DNA of 64,000 bases from Candidatus Poribacteria bacterium (GTDB lineage Bacteria > Poribacteria > WGA-4E > WGA-3G). The position numbers and the translations under genes were made by a program. The stretch lies in NCBI GenBank assembly GCA_965198235.1, contig OZ240248.1, positions 2,752,001 to 2,816,000 of the forward strand. Reading direction: 5' to 3'. Positions 60,436-64,000 of the stretch are shown one piece after another. The stretch's first letter is position 1; every line of letters starts with the position of its first letter. The notes under the pieces were generated by a model that was not told the origin of the DNA, did not search any database, and saw only the letters and a program-made list of their open reading frames with translations.

Positions 60436-60984
60436 TTATGACTTTTGCATAACGAGGTCACTGTAGGAAACAGCAATCGGGTCCACAGCATCCAAATGAA
60501 GTGCGGCTTTAACGTGTTGATGCTCATGTATCGCTTCGGCTTCGGTCTGCCCCCGAAACACTGTCTCCAATTCGACAAACCGCCCTAAACCGGCAACCGT
60601 ATCGAGGTGGATGCGGGTGTGATTGAACATCCAGATTTCTCGTTGTTTTTTTACAATTGTTTTGACCCCAAGTGCAACAGTTAGCAAGCCTTTGAGGGAC
60701 CCCGGATCATCAATCTCACAAAGTTCATATTGACTATAGCGCGACGCATCTTGGTTCGGACGCTCATAATAAATGAGCCACCCCTCAGACCACCCTTTCA
60801 CTTCGCGCAACTTGAGCCGCGGCTCACACGCTTCTGATTTTAGAGAGTCTTTTACTTTTGTTATATGGAAATATGTATCGATTTGGTGTACAGTTTCATG
60901 AGGCATCGCATTTAAATCAGCCAACCTCGGGTAGAGTCCGTCAAGCGACTGAAACTGTCCCTTGAATTCTAAATTTTTTGCCAT
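60436..60984 (-). CDS. CYTH-domain protein (class IV adenylate cyclase-like)
   Basis: NLEFKG (ExK), QIDTYF, RLKLRE, IHLDTVAGLGRFVELE, SYSDL. Confidence 0.9.
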   Translation of the reverse strand: MAKNLEFKGQFQSLDGLYPRLADLNAMPHETVHQIDTYFHITKVKDSLKSEACEPRLKLREVKGWSEGWLIYYERPNQDASRYSQYELCEIDDPGSLKGLLTVALGVKTIVKKQREIWMFNHTRIHLDTVAGLGRFVELETVFRGQTEAEAIHEHQHVKAALHLDAVDPIAVSYSDLVMQKS

Positions 60985-61032
60985 TTTTGGTGTAGCCCGC
61001 AGGTTTCCGAAATTTGAACTTAGGCATCCGGT

Positions 61033-61635
61033 TCATTCAATTTCCCCGAAATCTTCATCGGATTGGAAACTATCGACACACGAGCGGTTGCAACGCTCTC
61101 CGTGCGCTAACAGCCAGCAGGTGTGATGCTTTAACTTTAGTGAACTTATGAGACACGTACGCAACTGCTCTGGGTCAAAATCCCGTCCCATCAGGAAGCT
61201 GTAGTTGCCCCGTGCCATCGTTTCGCGCCCGCTCCCTTCATTTGGGACAATCGTGATGATTTTGACGTACGGCTGATACCGCTTGACATATTCAAAAAGT
61301 CGCGAGCGCGAACGACGTCTGCAGTCCGCAATTATCATCCGATATTTGTGCAACTTCAACAAACCGATCGCCTCCGATGTCCGCTCTGGAATATCGCATC
61401 CGTAGCCCTCAGAACGCAGAAGGTTTCTTACCTTGTCGTGTAAATCGTCGTCCCGTGAAACGAGCATCACATCGCCTTCCAATTCAGAGACGCTGAAATC
61501 CTCTTGAATATCAAGCGGAATGAGTGCCTCTTCTACTTGTCGGTCAAGACTCCTACGCGCTCGCTGCATCCGATCATCTACGCGATCAAGTCTATCGTCT
61601 AAGTCTGGGAGTGGCTTAAAAAATTTTCTCATCAC
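61033..61635 (-). CDS. Hypothetical protein with receiver-like domain and Cys-rich tail
   Basis: MLVSRDDD...GYGC...YRMIIAD pattern; HTCW...RCNRSC. Confidence 0.55.
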   Translation of the reverse strand: MMRKFFKPLPDLDDRLDRVDDRMQRARRSLDRQVEEALIPLDIQEDFSVSELEGDVMLVSRDDDLHDKVRNLLRSEGYGCDIPERTSEAIGLLKLHKYRMIIADCRRRSRSRLFEYVKRYQPYVKIITIVPNEGSGRETMARGNYSFLMGRDFDPEQLRTCLISSLKLKHHTCWLLAHGERCNRSCVDSFQSDEDFGEIE

Positions 61636-61924
61636 TTTATATGTTTACCCGCACAATATTTATCCATAAAAGATGCGAACTGGGGAATGTATGTTTAATT
61701 TTAACGCACCTTATGACATATATCAAGGGATTTTTGTTGATAAAAACTGCGAATTCCTCTAAAATCTCGACATGGCTTAATGGCTGTCGGCTTTCAGGAC
61801 TCAGCAGTCGGTAGATCGCGTAGAAGTCACGGACATTTTGTTCCGTACAATGAACTCTTTACTGACTGCTAAAAGCTGATGGTTAACTACCATAGAGACA
61901 TCGAAACAACAAAGGACAAAAGAA

Positions 61925-62974
61925 ATGTCTATACCACAACTGCCCGTCCCTTCACATTTCGATGCCGTTCAGGTAAACCAGGTCTGGCGGATTCCTTATC
62001 AAGAACGCCAACGCGAGGCACAGGCATGGGCGCGGGAGCATACAATCCGCCCCGCATTCGAGGACAGTTTTCGGACTTGTTTGCTGCTCGTTGATGTCCA
62101 AAATACATTCTGTATCCCCAGTTTTGAACTTTTCGTCGGTGGCAGATCAGGAAATGGCGCGGTAGCAGACAATATCCGTTTGTGTCAATTTATCTATCGT
62201 AATCTACCACACATTACTAAAATCGCTTGCACGCTGGACACACATACGGCGATGCAGATATTCCACGAAGCCTTCTGGATTAACGACGCAGGCGAACACC
62301 CTGCCCCCCTACAGACCCTAATCACACAAGCAGACATTGAGGCAGGCAAATGGCGCGTAAATCCTGCTGTTGTCGGTAGCCTAAACCTACCCATCCAAGT
62401 TCCAGAATCCAATCAATACGCATGGCTCAAGGTGTACAGCGAACACTACGTCAAGACGCTTACTGCCGATGGGAAGTATCCGCTCGCGATATGGCCCTAC
62501 CATGCAATGCTCGGCGGGATCGGGCATGCCGTTGTTTCCGCCGTTGACGAAGCCTGCTTTTTCCACGCCATTGCTCGCGGGACCCAGATACATTATGAAA
62601 TCAAAGGACAGAATCCGTTGACTGAAAACTATTCGGTCTTACGTCCAGAAGTCCTTAACGACTCCGATGGGAAACCGATTGCTCAAAAAAACAGTGCCTT
62701 CCTCGAAATGCTTCTTGAATATGATCGAGTGATTATCGCTGGTCAGGCAAAGAGCCACTGTGTCGCTTGGACTGTCAGTGATCTGCTTACAGAAATTCAG
62801 CAAAAGGATACTGAATTAGCCAAGAAAATCTATTTGGTAGATGACCTGACTTCACCCGTTGTTGTGCCTGGGGTAGTGGACTTCACGGAACCAGCAGACG
62901 AAGTTTTCGCCAGGGTTTCGGATGCGGGGATGCACGTGGTGCAGTCAGCAGAACCGATTGAGCAGTGGGTTTAG
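61925..62974 (+). CDS. Isochorismatase/nicotinamidase-like cysteine hydrolase
   Basis: LVDVQNTFC, LDTH, IWPYHAMLG, AGQAKSHCV. Confidence 0.88.
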   Translation: MSIPQLPVPSHFDAVQVNQVWRIPYQERQREAQAWAREHTIRPAFEDSFRTCLLLVDVQNTFCIPSFELFVGGRSGNGAVADNIRLCQFIYRNLPHITKIACTLDTHTAMQIFHEAFWINDAGEHPAPLQTLITQADIEAGKWRVNPAVVGSLNLPIQVPESNQYAWLKVYSEHYVKTLTADGKYPLAIWPYHAMLGGIGHAVVSAVDEACFFHAIARGTQIHYEIKGQNPLTENYSVLRPEVLNDSDGKPIAQKNSAFLEMLLEYDRVIIAGQAKSHCVAWTVSDLLTEIQQKDTELAKKIYLVDDLTSPVVVPGVVDFTEPADEVFARVSDAGMHVVQSAEPIEQWV

Positions 62975-63118
62975 CAAACAATTTTTTAGTTATTGCTTGC
63001 GAGCGGTGAGAGCCGTTTCGTAAAACAGTTTTTCTTTTCTGTCCGCAGTCAACTGCTCCGTAGTAAGAATGCCTGCTACGCGTTTTGGTTAACAATTTTA
63101 AAAAGGACATACAGGATG

Positions 63119-63364
63119 ATTGGAAACCTGCCCGAGACGAAGTGGAGGGGTTTTTGCTTAAGAAATCCGCAGGGAAATCCGCAGAAATCCGCAGGGAAAT
63201 CCGCAGAAATCCGCAGAAACACCCTATCAAAAACCCCTATCAAAAACCCCTATCAAAAATCCCAAGCAATACGCAGAAATACGCAGAAATACGCAGAAAC
63301 GCCCTATCAAAAACCCCAAGCAAAAACGGTGTTTCTTTGTCCAGGAGGAATAAATTAAAAAATG
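63119..63364 (+). repeat. Longest family A element, ending in the SD and ATG of the MFS gene
   Basis: Five GAAATCCGCAG-type units, three CCCTATCAAAAA units, three AATACGCAGA units, then CCCAAGCAAAAACGGTGTTTCTTTGTCCAGGAGG...AATTAAAAAATG. Confidence 0.9.
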
Positions 63365-64000
63365 GAAAATAGACAAACAGGATTAGAAACCTTCGCACGG
63401 TTGTCAGGAATGATGTTCCTTCAGTTCGCTATATGGGGAGCATGGGCAGTGCTCATTGCTGGGCACATGCAAAATCTTGGGTTCTCCGGTAAGCAGATTA
63501 GCTACGTCTTTGGCACCACCGCTATCGGTTCGATAATTTCTCCAATCATCGCAGGGTGGATCGCGGATCGACTCATGCCAGCGCAAGTATTTGCCGCGAT
63601 CTCGCACCTCCTTGGCGGTGTCTGCCTGCTTTTCGCATGGAAGCAGACCAGCTTCCCGATGATGTGGGGCGCAATTTTCCTGCATGCCATTCTCTACATG
63701 CCGACAATCGCCCTGACGAACGCGATCGCTTTCCACCATATGGGACAGTCAGACAAATTCGGAAACATACGGGTCTTTGGAACGCTCGGTTGGATCGCGA
63801 TTAATTGGATATTGAGTCTGTATCTCCGATTTTGGGAAGGACAGGAGACAACCCTGCCACACGTCGGCGACTGCCTCCTCTTTGGAGCCGTCCTTTCATT
63901 CATTATGGGTGCCTACTGCTTGACGTTGCCAAACACCCCACCGAGCAAAGAGGCAAAAAATCCTTACGCTTTTCTTGAAGCCTTTTCCCTCGTCTCAAAC
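63362..64000 (+). CDS. MFS nucleoside:H+ symporter (NupG/YegT-like), 3' end outside window
   Basis: RLSGMMFLQFAIWGAW, GWIADR, YMPTIALTNAIAF, IRVFGTLGW. Confidence 0.9.
   Translation, partial: MENRQTGLETFARLSGMMFLQFAIWGAWAVLIAGHMQNLGFSGKQISYVFGTTAIGSIISPIIAGWIADRLMPAQVFAAISHLLGGVCLLFAWKQTSFPMMWGAIFLHAILYMPTIALTNAIAFHHMGQSDKFGNIRVFGTLGWIAINWILSLYLRFWEGQETTLPHVGDCLLFGAVLSFIMGAYCLTLPNTPPSKEAKNPYAFLEAFSLVSN

Noticed and set aside
63160-63330. Possible CRISPR array
   Set aside because: Units are 10-13 bp and contiguous, with no unique spacers and no cas genes
62883-63372. ORFs 62883-63230, 62993-63358 and 63085-63372
   Set aside because: Readings of stop-poor repeat DNA

Overview
64-kb bacterial chromosomal window, probably from a Poribacteria-like marine or sponge symbiont. 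That assignment is inferred from a CotH-ankyrin fusion, a secreted protein ending AVxPxxxLTTTWAxLK, an ElbD-like lipid enzyme and dense intergenic repeats; no taxonomy search was run. From left to right: (i) a PLD-SNF2 helicase plus a type IIG-like N6-adenine methyltransferase running off the left edge; (ii) CotH-ankyrin, Uma2 and a decaying TIGR04255-like trio; (iii) a YagF/YjhG dehydratase, VanZ, MBL hydrolase, purE, RraA-like and NIPSNAP genes; (iv) the minus-strand run tRNA Pro-Arg-His-(aberrant Arg-like)-Lys-Leu, tig-clpP-clpX-lon, S4 protein, pdxA and a 2200-aa PorU/gingipain-like C25 peptidase; (v) three MacB-type permeases and a MacA-like adaptor; (vi) an ElbD-like FAR-adenylation-ACP-acyltransferase with a HAD phosphatase, suggesting ether-lipid synthesis; (vii) a degraded island at about 55.2-60.4 kb; (viii) CYTH, isochorismatase-like and a partial NupG-like MFS gene. 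The most unusual signals are modular palindromic and tandem-unit repeat families that vary in unit number, supply ribosome-binding sites and sit in-frame inside proteins, a tRNA-Arg body with a scrambled anticodon arm, and the ElbD-like enzyme with degenerate adenylation motifs. No CRISPR array or rRNA was seen.
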